A stretch of DNA of 63,064 nucleotides, the filler included, from Asterionella formosa (Eukaryota), in assembly GCA_002256025.1 (NCBI GenBank). It is 25 parts of 25 records of this genome, joined end to end, with 100 filler letters (N's around TTAATTAATTAA, not from the genome) between each part and the next. Parts side by side here need not be neighbours in the genome. Positions count along the whole stretch, not along the records: positions 33,405 to 51,088 come from NKIB01004343.1; positions 51,189 to 52,286 come from NKIB01004344.1; positions 52,387 to 53,484 come from NKIB01004345.1; positions 53,585 to 54,682 come from NKIB01004346.1; positions 54,783 to 55,879 come from NKIB01004347.1; positions 55,980 to 57,076 come from NKIB01004348.1; positions 57,177 to 58,273 come from NKIB01004349.1; positions 58,374 to 59,470 come from NKIB01004350.1; 17 more parts are not named here. One strand, given 5' to 3'. A program made the position numbers and the translations under genes. Position 1 is the first letter of the stretch. The number at the start of each line of letters is the position of its first letter. The notes beneath the pieces were generated by a model. It saw nothing but the letters and a program-made list of their open reading frames with translations, ran no database searches and was not told the origin of the DNA. Below, one piece after another: positions 47,525 to 59,470 of this stretch.

Positions 47525-49687
47525 TTATTTGCTCGATACAAATGGCCATTTTAGACTATTGAGACAGGGAATGCTGCTTTTGCATAGTGCAACAACTGTG
47601 ATTGGCCCCTGGGTTTCAGGAATATTGCATCGGGCAGAATCAGCAAGTTTTTGTTCGGGACTTAAATAAAGCAAATATACCTTGCTAAACTTGATAAGCC
47701 ATCCAGCCTCGTTACACATTGCTGTAAACTTTTCCAACACATTGTCAGGTTTGGAAGTATGTACCTGAACACCACACACAAATTGGCCAAACTTCCAGAT
47801 CAGATCAATTGCAGGGAAATTGGAGTTTTCGGGCACATACATTCCATTTTTTTCCATGATTTTTGGCAACTGTTTTGAGGGAAAGGTTTCAATGAAATTG
47901 CAAATTTTCAAAGGCAAGAGCCTCTCGAAAGTAACATTTGCATTGATTGAACAGCGATTGATCACAATGAATTCAAAAATCTGACCACGAGCATCATTTG
48001 TCAAATCAGGGTTGGCACAGATATCTAAAAGTACTTGTTCGTGTTTATGAACAAAAGCCATAATTTCCTTCCAAAATAAGATTCGATAGCCTTCTAGCAC
48101 CAAAGGAAACAAAGGCTTATAATGATTAGCCTCCTTCCCCTCAGCAGGAACTGAATATTCCATGTCATGTTGTATTACATCTCCTGTATTTGACAAAACG
48201 CAACCAACTGCAGATGCTGTGATATCATCCCATGTACATTTTGTTTTTTTGTCAGGCAAATTTTCAAGAGAACACAGAATTGAGTGTAATTCAGCCTCTT
48301 CATAGTCTTCAAAAGAAAACTTGTAGGAAATCAGTTTCCTAACCTGCAAGGGCACCCCACCAGTTACCTCGAAGATATTTTCCTTGTCACTTCGTGTTTC
48401 CACTTCCTCAAAGGCTGCACATATTTCTTTCAAATCCATGTTACAAGGGTGATTGTACTGCTCAAACCCTCGATGTCTTGCCTTGTAGGCAACCTCATTG
48501 TCTGTTGAAGCAGAGATGATGGATACAATGCGGCGGCCTCTCTTCATAATGTTGTTGATGGCACTAAAAGGAAAGGGAAGCGTACCCAGATCATCGGCTT
48601 TGTCTAGCACTGGTCGATAAAACAATCTGTTGACTTGATCGAAAACAAGGACCCATCTCCTGTCCATACGTCGAAGAATCAAGTCAATGGCTTTGACAAA
48701 ATTATTCAGACTTACCAATTGTTCGTCCAAGTCTGAGCCGATCTGCCACATGAGAGCCGTTAATGTAGTACCAAATGAACTGCAGATTGCAGTGTACAAG
48801 TCGCCAACACATTCCCATCGATCACAGTCTGGAATAAAAGTAACGAGGTATTTGCAGCTGCTGTCATATTGCAGGGTACGAACCAAGTTGACACGTGAGT
48901 GCGACTTGCCAATTCCATGCGGTCCTTTGATCATGATTCCACCCCGACGATTTTTGTTGAAGGTATCGTCAACCACTTTCATCATTTCCTTCACAATTTT
49001 CGGGCGATACAAGATGCCCCTACTCTCGCCATCATCGAACCGCTCCGGTTGGACGTCTTTCATCCAGTACCCATCTATGGGGGAAAAGGCAGATATAGTA
49101 GGATCAGAATTAAGCTCGTTCGGCTCAATCTTGTAGATATGCATTTTCTGTTCAATGCTCCGCTCCTTCTGTTCCTTCTTCAAGTGATCAAAGTAATCGT
49201 TGAGCTTCTCCTTGAGCAGCACTGATAAGGAGTCTTTGATCTGGTCACCACCTTGTTTCTGGCGCTTCGTCATTCTTTGGTCGTCCAAACAGTAGTGAGT
49301 AAGCGTCGGATAAATGACAAAATATGATGCGTGAGTGTTGCATGTCCAATACTTGTTTCAGCTGTGGAATAGTCTAGAATGGAATGCAAGGTATTCCATG
49401 AGATCAGAAAACGTACCAAAGTCAGGTGCGACCACAACAAACGTTGCAGATTCAACAACACGATCTCCAGGATTCAAGGCTGGAACATCAGCAACCGGCA
49501 CTTGAGTTCCAGGTGGGTACACACGGAGCTGCGCAGCATCTATGGAACTTAGACTATTTTCACATTTCTTCTTCACGGCATCCTTCAAGTCGGCAATCAA
49601 ACTATCCTCATTCAAAGTGACAGAAGAGGGATTTAGTGCTGTGTGTCCAAGAAACAACTGGAACCAAACCTTCGTTGTTGTCGACAT
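47525..49687 (-). CDS. Crinkler/RHS-type (CR) protein: N-terminal ubiquitin-like header, P-loop NTPase, C-terminal restriction-endonuclease-like domain; junction between header and body unresolved
   Basis: Header VWFQL..IADLKDAVKKK...IDAAQLRVY...FVVVAP (ATG 49687). Body 49288-47525 has Walker A GPHGIGKS, Walker B LVFDQ, TGGVPLQV, then RGQIFE and PENSNFPAIDLIW..GVQV. GTACGT donor at 49416. Confidence 0.75.
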
Positions 49688-50534
49688 GATGGTATCTGGT
49701 AGACTACCGGTACTCCAACAATCATACAATGGAAATGTTGTGGGGAACTACCGGTTTTTTGTGATTCACAGTACCTGGTAGGAGTACTAGGTACTAAGAT
49801 GAGCTGTTAAATTTGGTTGTCACTCTTCCGTAGCCATGATTTGCATTTGAAATAATATTCCGGTTTCCTATCGCGGTCAATACTGTCATGATGTTACAAC
49901 TCCATCACTCCGCGTCCTCCCTCTTTAGAATGGGGCACCCAGCTCCTCTACCATGTTGCCCAGCTGGAATGGTACCTGGTAATCCCTACCTGGTACCAGT
50001 ACCATCAGGGACTCCTGCTAATCCTTGTGGGTTTTGTAGAGAATTGAAATATTCTGACATTCATAATTAGCAACTCACATTTGGTATACCATGATACCAG
50101 CATTTCTTTAGGTACCATACCAAAACTTGCATCACGAAATATTCCATTCGAATATGCTGGCCTGCTCGAAACCTCACTACCGTTGTATGGTACAAGGTAC
50201 CTGGTACCAGGTACCAAGATGGGTATGTAATACCATGTTATGTACCGAGAATATACATAGAAGTGGTACCAGTACGTTAGAATGGACTGTTCACCTTTTA
50301 TATACGTATTCAGGTATGTCAATATTCCTCCGCTAGAAAACTAATTTAGTATCCTCTAAAATTTATTTAATATGACTACGACGGCATTGCGCTTTCGCTC
50401 GTGCGCCATAATAAAGAGATAATTTCATTAATGGAAAACGTCAAATAGGAATTCCTGGTGCGCCCGAATTATGAGTACAAAAATTAAATGCAAACACACA
50501 ACAATCACCCATCACCCATCACAACACCAACACC

Positions 50535-51088
50535 ATGACATCGAAAGCGCCTCGACAAGGCAATGCCTTGCCTCGAAAGAAATTGTCTCCTGAAGAGTTG
50601 GTCAGTGTTCAGATTTGTCTTAACAATGTGATTAGGGAGCTATAAGCTAAGAAGGCTAAGAATTGTGGAAAAAAGCCTTATGGTGCTATTTCTAGGACAG
50701 TATCAGCTAAGCAATGCATTTTCCCTTGGATAGCTGTTAACCAAGTGAAGAATGATCTAAAACAAAGTGCTAAACTAGAAGTGAAGTCTAGTACTACTAG
50801 TATGTATACTACTTCTGGTTCGTCCCTCTTTCAGCCATCAACTGCAACCATGGTGTCTACATTGACACCTGACCATTGTGGCCCTACTAAACCCCAACTC
50901 TTGAATGCTGATGGCAGCTTTGCCTTGTTATTTCCCAGTAATCTCATTCATAATTCATATAAAATTGTCGAGGAGGAAGAAGATGACAACAATGAAGGTG
51001 TGAGTGAGCATTATGATAGTCAGTTTACAATGATGGGCACTTTGGCATATGAAACTGGAAACAATGGTGTGCTTACCTGGGGAAGTTT
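50535..51088 (+). pseudogene. Interrupted ORF remnant, possibly the N-terminus of a DNA-transposon protein
   Basis: MTSKAPRQ...VIREL*AKKAKNCGKKPYGAISRTV...FPWI continues in the same frame as ORF 50745. One in-frame TAA. Family assignment is tentative. Confidence 0.35.
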
Positions 51089-53144
51089 NNNNNNNNNNNN
51101 NNNNNNNNNNNNNNNNNNNNNNNNNNNNNNNNTTAATTAATTAANNNNNNNNNNNNNNNNNNNNNNNNNNNNNNNNNNNNNNNNNNNNTGCATCAGAAGA
51201 AATCGGTGATGATGCAAGCGCAAAAAGCGTACTGCATCGCGCAAAAAGGTAAAGTAATACGAAAAGAATTTCTGTAGTATAAACGGAGTAAAAATAATCA
51301 CGGTTTGGGGGGAAAATATACTCATGTATGGATAGAAAAATATGTACTGTAAGCCACCGCAACTATGTTGATGACTTTAAAAAAATTAGATCTTCATGGC
51401 TTAATACACTGAATCGAAGCTGATTACTTATTCTTAGAATAGAGTGCAACGTGTAACATGCACTTGCATCAGGTTTCGATTTTAATATTACTTGAATATT
51501 TTTTAAGTCGGAAGATGGAGTAAAATAACGGTGGCTCACAGTTTTTAAATGGTCCCTTCTGGTAGCTATTACTTGATACTGTGTACCAGGTACCAGGGTA
51601 CCGCACACAAATGGCGAAGCACTGCGCCCATCGGGGGATGATGGTATGTCTACCTTGGTGCTTCCGTTGATGAATGCTCAAGTTAATTAGGCAATAAGAG
51701 GTTACAGGGATAGGGATATGATACGAATCATTACCTGTAACCAAATAAATCGAATGCGATAATTTTGTATTCAGCTGCGAATATGCATCATATCGCAATG
51801 AAGTCTCAAAACATGGGGTAATCCGTGTTCTGGCAATATTTTCGTCGATTGCACTTTTCAACCAAAAGGTTTAGGACAAACCAATTGCTATAAACTTACA
51901 TCAAATGGCACAAAGGGTACCGGTATCTTACATGCTCAGGATTCGGGTCGAAGTTTTAAAATCAACAAATCGGCATTTGGTGGGGTCAAACCGGTTCACC
52001 GCAGTTTTCAACTGGTACTGGTAAAGACAATTGAGGTTGCTCCTCCTAAGTAAAACCTTAGTATTCGCCAAATTCCACCGTTGAAGGATCATAGTTATGC
52101 CATTACTTTAAATATGATATTTTCTGTTGAAATTGCTTTACACTAATTTCATACTGCAAGGAATTGTATGTATCGTAAGAAGGGTGAGACGAACTCTGTA
52201 ATATGGTCTTTGACCGTTGAACGGCCAGTGTTCTCGACAACTTTTATATTTTCTTGCGAATTTTATCGTCACCAAACAATTCCCTGNNNNNNNNNNNNNN
52301 NNNNNNNNNNNNNNNNNNNNNNNNNNNNNNTTAATTAATTAANNNNNNNNNNNNNNNNNNNNNNNNNNNNNNNNNNNNNNNNNNNNAGGACTTTGTCTAA
52401 TACAGATTTATAATATTACAAATATTCGTCTCAAACCGTGTGATTACCCCGTTTTGTTATGACTATCAGTACAAAACTGAAAGTTTGTATGACTCTCAGT
52501 TTTTAGGTGGTACTCTCTCAGGGCGAAAACATGCAAGCAATTGCATCACAGCCTATTCTTAAATATCTTCCGGGGCCGTTATGGCTCCTATGATGATATG
52601 ATGAGTTATATTTCAGTTTTACTGGACACTTTTACCTTACGTAGGTCATATATTAACAGGAAACATACAATGGATTCTACACACAAGTATACCACAGGAC
52701 GGAATCCTGAATCTTTTCGTATGCCATACTTGATGTCGAAATTGGGCAACATGTTATAAAATAGTGTACAAAGCATGTATGAAATCGTGCATTGATTTGT
52801 ATGATTCACACGGTATACGTAGTACACTCAATGCACCATGTGACTAGAATTTTGAATTAGCTAGCAGTACCAACATCATACTATTTCGAGATGTTGTTGG
52901 ATACGATCTCACATCATGACAACAAATAGCAATTCAGATCGGAATCAAAATTCGGTTTGGGCCTGCTAAGATTTAATTGGCACCAAATCGTCCAAAAATT
53001 AATTGCAAATATACTGTTTTGATTTGTTAGGTAATTAGGTCATCGTGAGATGAAGAACAAATTGTATGAACAAGGACCAGCATTATGTTCTGAGTTGTTC
53101 TTGGATAAAATCTATGGTCACAATGAAGAAGAATTCATACGGTC

Positions 53145-53249
53145 TGGAATTAAAGCGACAATTAATTTGGGGTTAGCTGACAGATTATGTAAACAATGGA
53201 ATTAAAGCGACAATTAATTTGGGGTTAGCTGACAGATTATGTAAACAAT
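53145..53249 (+). repeat. Perfect 52-bp tandem duplication
   Basis: TGGAATTAAAGCGACAATTAATTTGGGGTTAGCTGACAGATTATGTAAACAA twice. Confidence 0.9.
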
Positions 53250-53586
53250 CAATTCTACTTGAGTCGAGTTTTCTTTGACAAAGCACTGTCTCAACGACGA
53301 CAAATAAGTCACAGGTAAAGAGAAATTCAATTTGGATCCAGTGAGCATTCAATCGAAAAAAAAACAGTTCGGTCAGGTTTGTGTCGACTTGGCACTGTTC
53401 GAAAAGTGCATACATACTGTTTGCTGTACAGGATAATCTTTCATTATATGATGAAGACTAGTAATGATTCATATGGAAAGCAAANNNNNNNNNNNNNNNN
53501 NNNNNNNNNNNNNNNNNNNNNNNNNNNNTTAATTAATTAANNNNNNNNNNNNNNNNNNNNNNNNNNNNNNNNNNNNNNNNNNNNAA

Positions 53587-54588
53587 TATGGAAGGGTCAC
53601 CATGGCAAATGTGGTTGCTCACGCAGCCACCCATGTTCATTCCCAGACGCGTGACGCACAGAACAGTGCGCAGTTGTTTACGTGCATTTACGATTCACTT
53701 TCAATGGAGGCTTTGCTCAAGGTTTCTACAGACTCATCTGCCTATCGTCTTACGTCACCCACAGCCCCTACACACGTGGTGGCAAGTGGTGCTGCATTCT
53801 TGAAACTTCTCATTACGAGATGCACGGTCGATACACGATCCACGGTGGCTACTATTCGCCGTACCCTCAGCGTGTTGGATGAATACATGTTATCGGTGGA
53901 CTGCAACATTGAGAAGTTTAACCTCCATGTCCGTGTGCAACGTGACGCACTTATGTCTCGTGGGGAAACTTCTTCTGACCTACTGACAAATCTGTTTACA
54001 GCATACGAGGCTGTGGAGGATAAAGTGTTCCATGATTACATGATTGGTCAGCAGGATCAGTATCACGATGGACGGGTGGATTTTGATGTGGATTCGCTGA
54101 TGGACCTGGCCCTAAATAAATATAAGATGCTCGTGGAGTCTAAGAAGTGGAATTTACCATCTGCTAAAGATGCTAAGCTGGAGGCACAGATTGTCGCACT
54201 CACGGCGAAACTGGAATATTTCAAGACCAACAAGCCTGTGAACAAGGACAACAAGAATGACAAAAAGGAACGTGCTCGCAAGGCTAAACTGGCTAAGAAA
54301 TGGGCCTGGAAATTGGTGCCGCCAAAGGAGAATGACGCGAAGACCAAGACAGTGGACACCAAGGAGTATCATTGGTGCACCAACCATGCATCGTGGACAA
54401 TGCATTCCGCCAAGGAGTGCAACCTCAATGTAGCAACTACTCCTACTGCTACTAAAGGTGCCAAGAAACCACAGGGGAAAGCCACTGATGCCATTTCCCT
54501 ATCGAACGCTCTGGCCAGTATCATGGAAGGGCGCGATGATGATGAAGACTCCAATCAGGGGGAAGATGAGACATCTGTGAGTGGCTAG
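53587..54588 (+). mobile_element. CoDi-like copia Gag fragment ending in TAG
   Basis: SGAAFLKLLI, NIEKFN, LLTNLF.AY, KWAWKLVPPK and variant zinc knuckle YHWCTNHASWTMHSAKEC, of the kind seen in diatom copia Gag proteins. Confidence 0.8.
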
Positions 54589-54782
54589 GGAAGTGGCCGG
54601 GGAGTGATGACCGATATAACTAGCCTACTTAGCTATCTGTGGTTATGTCAATTCATTCTCTGTGGGCCAACCTACATCAATTNNNNNNNNNNNNNNNNNN
54701 NNNNNNNNNNNNNNNNNNNNNNNNNNTTAATTAATTAANNNNNNNNNNNNNNNNNNNNNNNNNNNNNNNNNNNNNNNNNNNN

Positions 54783-54921
54783 CATGCATTGGAAAGCATT
54801 CATTGCAAAGCGGACAATTTCCGAATCGACTCGAGTTGTCTTGATGATTAGTTCGCGTTCTCTTAGAACCTTTCTTCGTGGATCCAAAAAAGGAAGGTAA
54901 GTGCTGTTGCTGGGGGGCCAT
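54783..54921 (-). CDS. Probable 5' end of a gene with a UBZ-like zinc finger; cut by contig edge
   Basis: MAPQQQHLPSFFGSTKKGSKR...FGNCPLCNECFPMH. Only the first half of the motif is visible. Confidence 0.4.
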
Positions 54922-55979
54922 TTGCGATGCTGAGTCACATATAACTTCCTCCTGCACAACATAAAGAGTATAATTTGACAAGAACAACGACCAAGTCTGC
55001 AAGTCGAGAAGTGCAATTGCTAGCGGTAATTTTTTACGACCTTGTCTACTGGTATGTCCTTGTCTATGTTGATGGTGTTGCGTATCCATGTGTCAGATAC
55101 CAAACCAGGGTACCAGTACCCTGATCGTTACCTGGGGCAAAACAGGACCCGGTAATTCCGAGGTAGGTTACTTTGCTTGTTACTGCGTTACCCAGGTACC
55201 ATGACTTACTCCGGAGTCAAGTACCAGTACCGGTAGAGGTAATAGTACGCCAGTACGTTGTAGTATTTAACTAATAAAAATGTACCGGAACTGCTCCTTG
55301 TCATCGTGCGGGAATCTTTTTACCGCCACCACCAACTATAATTAATACGTACTGAGTGCAAATATATCCTGAAGAGCTGTGGAGCTGTGGAGTACATTTT
55401 TAAAATTTGTACACAACATAACTGTGTAGTATTCCTGTATTCCAACATCGACTACCCGTACCGGAAATAAAACAAAATGGAGAAGGCGGACAACACGCAC
55501 AAGAAAAATTGCGATCAGCATCAGCACTGATAATGATATAACGACAAAACTTGTTGTTGCCGACCACATCATTCCGCGCTTCGGTGCCACGACAGCACCC
55601 GCATTCTAATGGAGTTAACTAATTTGGATATACTTCCGGCAGTTGATTGGTGCTTTTACTGTTACTGTCATGCATAATACAAGATTTCAGCCATAGTAAT
55701 CTCTCCTCGCCCATGATAGCCTAGTCTTGTCTTTTCAAGTCTTTTGAATTTGGCCCATCAGATAGTATCATTCATGTCAGCTCGTATCTTCCGTCACGTG
55801 ATGCTCTTATTAGTTGTTGTGGTACCTCGTGCCAACTCCTTTGCTGGCATCGACGAAGGATCGCTTGGTAGACGACGATNNNNNNNNNNNNNNNNNNNNN
55901 NNNNNNNNNNNNNNNNNNNNNNNTTAATTAATTAANNNNNNNNNNNNNNNNNNNNNNNNNNNNNNNNNNNNNNNNNNNN

Positions 55980-57076
55980 GATGATTGAATTCAATGTCTC
56001 CTTTTGCCATTTGACTGTCAGGTTAAGTTGAATCTCAATACCCAGATGAATTCATCCAACCCTTCCATGCTGTCAGTATATGCAGCCCTCACGGCAATTA
56101 AAAAAATTCTGCACCATGAATGCTCATGATTTTGTTCCGCTTTGCCAATTCGCGCAGGAATGCAGGCCTTTCTGTAAAGAGCTTGAATGCTACACCGGTC
56201 AATTGCGTGGCCCCAGGTACAACGATCAATTCACAGCCAAACATAACCATACAGGTACCTGAGAAATGCTTCTCCTCTTGTATTAGATATTTTCCAAGAA
56301 ACCTTCCGTATTTATCACCCCATTCTTTGAGCTTGGGAAGCTTGGACCGTTTTGCCATATTGGCAACCGTTTGCCATGTCCCTTCCTCAACTTGAGCAAT
56401 GGACTGAAATGACGCTACTTTCGTTTTGCTATGATTATAGATGGAGATTTTTAGCTGATCCTGTTCTTCGGACCCTCTCAGCTGTTCCTCTATCTGAAAG
56501 AATATATTGGCCGCATCTTTTGTTCCAAGATCCACCAAGATTTCCAAAACGGTCCAGTTAGTTATTGGTTATTCATTCAAATCGAGGCATGGGAGAGTCC
56601 TGCTTCGATCAAATTCATTGGTGGCGAGCACCCAAAAGAAAAAGCCCAGCGGCTCTGGAACAAAGAAAATTCTCCGCCTCTCTGGAACTTTCTCAGCTTG
56701 GGGTGCGTTTAGCATGCACAATTGCTCAAAACCCGAAAAACCTTATACCAAATTTCAATAGGATTTGACAGTTTCTTTTGTAACTCGTACTGTTTGGAAG
56801 ACCGCTGGTCATCACCAACATCAAGGGTTGCATATTTCTTTATCGATTGAAGGAGCCTGGAAACACAATATTCAAATGGATTATAGCTCGTTTCATTATC
56901 AAGAGTGTTAGTCGCATCTGGGTGTTTCTTAATCAAAATACAGACGACCTCAAAATCAGGATAATCTCCTAGTTGCAACGCGAGGAGAAGAGGTGACTGA
57001 GGTTTGGAGTGCCATAGTTTGCAACTGAATTTGGGTTGTCCTTTATGATTTGCTTGATCTCTGGAGCTTTTTCACC
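55980..57076 (-). pseudogene. Disrupted gene with ankyrin-like repeats followed by a kinase-like N-lobe
   Basis: SPLLLALQLG..DFEVVCILIKKHPDA, then GRFLGKYLI...SGTCMVMF...VAFKLF..RPAFLREL. Needs at least two frame changes plus an in-frame TAA, with no obvious introns. Confidence 0.5.
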
Positions 57077-57176
57077 NNNNNNNNNNNNNNNNNNNNNNNN
57101 NNNNNNNNNNNNNNNNNNNNTTAATTAATTAANNNNNNNNNNNNNNNNNNNNNNNNNNNNNNNNNNNNNNNNNNNN

Positions 57177-57560
57177 TTGAACTTGTCCGCATCTTTGATA
57201 CCATCAAGAGAGCGAAAGCAAGTGGCTCTTTTCACTGTTGTTTGCTCGTAGGAAGAATTTGATATCTGTATCGTCATTTGCTTGTTGGAATTGTCCGTTG
57301 CCTCAAACTTGCTTGCCGTGTGCGTGCACACACTGTCGACTGGTTTTCAATGGTATGTTGTTCTTGTATTCACTGTTGAACTTGTCCGCATCTTTGTTAC
57401 CATCAATAGAGCGACAAGTGGGTCTCTTCATTGTTGTTTGCTCCTGGAAAAGTCGGTGTCCGTGTCATCCTCATCAATAGAGAGACAAGTTCTTTCGTTG
57501 GAAAAATTGGTATCCGTGGTATCATCATTCGCTCGTTGGAACCACTGTCCGTTGCCTCAA
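57177..57560. repeat. Diverged ~199-bp tandem repeat; first 102 bp identical to 30807-30908
   Basis: TTGAACTTGTCCGCATCTTTG at 57177 and 57376; GTCCGTTGCCTCAAAC recurs at ~57293 and ~57547. Confidence 0.75.
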
Positions 57561-58373
57561 ACCTGATTAGCGGTAGGACTGAAGCGCGTCCAGAAAGATA
57601 CGCTCCTTTTCGGCTACTGTGAGACGAATGAGTTCCCCACTTTCCGGATCGACGACACAGTATTCCTCGTCAGGACTAGTTTCGTTTTTGCTTGATTCCT
57701 ATGGGGAAAGATGGAAGTATGAATTTTTATTTACTCATAAATAGTTACTAACAAAATGGTTATTTGTTTTTAATCAAGTACAGCCATTTGCAAATAACCG
57801 GACGCTGGTGTCGTTTCTTTTGCTCCATCGACCGAGTCGGACAGAAGTGTCATGTTTATGACAAGTCGCTTCGTTCCAACCACTCCTCATATTCGAAACC
57901 CGTTTGATTCGCCGTTGTGGCAAGTTTTGTTGTGTTGCGCAGGAAGTCACAAATAGGCGGGAGACATCCATCGACCAAGTTGGACAGAAGTGTCAGGTCA
58001 GTTCTTGTCACATCTCTTCGTTTCAACTCCTCTTATTCGAAACCGTTTGATACGGCGGGATACAACCTTCCTCGCTGTTTCCCAAGTCCAATGGTACCAC
58101 CAGAATGCAGCAAAGTTTTCTTCCCATTCATGATCCTTGGGACTTCGTCATGTTGTGGCGTTCTACCCCCTGCTCCATAACCACAGCCACCCTGTCGCGG
58201 GCCGTTGCAACGCACGATAATGGGTGATGTACCAAATTTTTCCGGTATAATAGAGGGGGGGGGGGCAGCGCTTNNNNNNNNNNNNNNNNNNNNNNNNNNN
58301 NNNNNNNNNNNNNNNNNTTAATTAATTAANNNNNNNNNNNNNNNNNNNNNNNNNNNNNNNNNNNNNNNNNNNN

Positions 58374-59470
58374 GGCCAGCCCCACAGGCTTGGTCCCAAA
58401 ATCTTTGCAGAGGGCTTTAAGTTCATCAGCAAGGGCTTGAAACGCTGTAGGAAAAACTGTACTAGCCTGGAATGCATCTGGTAGAGAATCTGACACTCCT
58501 TCTTGGGAGAACAGTTTGGGAAGGTGGCCATTGTCCATTGTCCATGAGACGTTTGTACTGTGTGAGTGCCATATCAAGAAGTTTCTTAACACCACTTGGT
58601 GTAGCCTGGAATTTGACAAGGGCAGCATTATCTGTACTACCCATGATGAGACCCCGTTCTTCAGTATCAATCTTGACAGAGATTGTATAGAATACAGCAC
58701 GGAATTCCTCAGCTTGACAGAGTAGGAGCTTGGTAGCAACTATGCTGGAGGCAGTGATAGCTAGGAAGACACTGTCCACTCTTTAGTAGGTTAAATGAAG
58801 CTTGAATATCATGGACTATGAGGCGGACATTAAAGTTGGATCTTCTTCAAATTTTCCAAGATGCTATCCATTGCCTGAGGTGAACCAGAGGTGACTTCAT
58901 CCATCATGGCCATAAAGAAGAGGAGGAGGCCTGGACCACGATTCCCATACTCTTCAAGACGTTCAAGGAGACCTGTTAGGAGGTTTGGGGAGATGTAGGA
59001 TACAATCAAACGCCAGAGGTGGGAAAAATCATCCAATGCCTGATCATCAAAAATCTGACGTGACTTGGTCAGCTGTGGGATTTCCAGTTTTAGTGTCAAT
59101 GTCTGGTATGAATGTCTCAAGAAAAATACAATGATCAACATACTTCTTTGTCTCTTCAAAAGTAAGTCGAGTATGGTGTCTGGTCATACACCAAACTTTC
59201 CCAGAACTGTCAGGGGCATAGAGGAAAGCGTTCACACCACCAGTGTCTGCATAATTGTAAATAAGAGTGCAGAGCTGAGCAAGAGTGAGGTTGTTGATAG
59301 GGTAACCATTGGGACCATTGGGGCCATTGTATACCTTTTCATGTTTTTGAGTAAAAAACTCAAATGCGGTCTTGATGTCCCTGGAATCATCTGAACAGAT
59401 CTGGTAAGGAGACCACATTGGTTTCTTGGTGATAGTAGTAAAGTCATCATTCAGTTGCCCACCAAAGTAC
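58374..59470 (-). pseudogene. Degenerate retrotransposon Gag-like coding fragment
   Basis: Successive ORFs in shifting frames (FLYAPDSSG..HHTRLTFEE; FDDQALDD..GPGLLLFFMAMMDEV..ENLKKIQL; LLDMALTQYKRLMDNGQWPP) resemble the Gag at 53587-54588 (LMDLALNKYKMLVESKKWNLP). Confidence 0.55.

Noticed and set aside
53145..53249. Perfect 52-bp duplication as a functional element
   Set aside because: Only two units with no structure; could be a recent duplication or assembly artefact. Similar small tandem units at 35965-36030 and ~59838-60020 are also unremarkable.
55774..55879. Possible signal peptide ORF start (MSARIFRHVMLLLVVVVPRANSFAG)
   Set aside because: Only 35 codons before the contig edge; too little to support a gene call.
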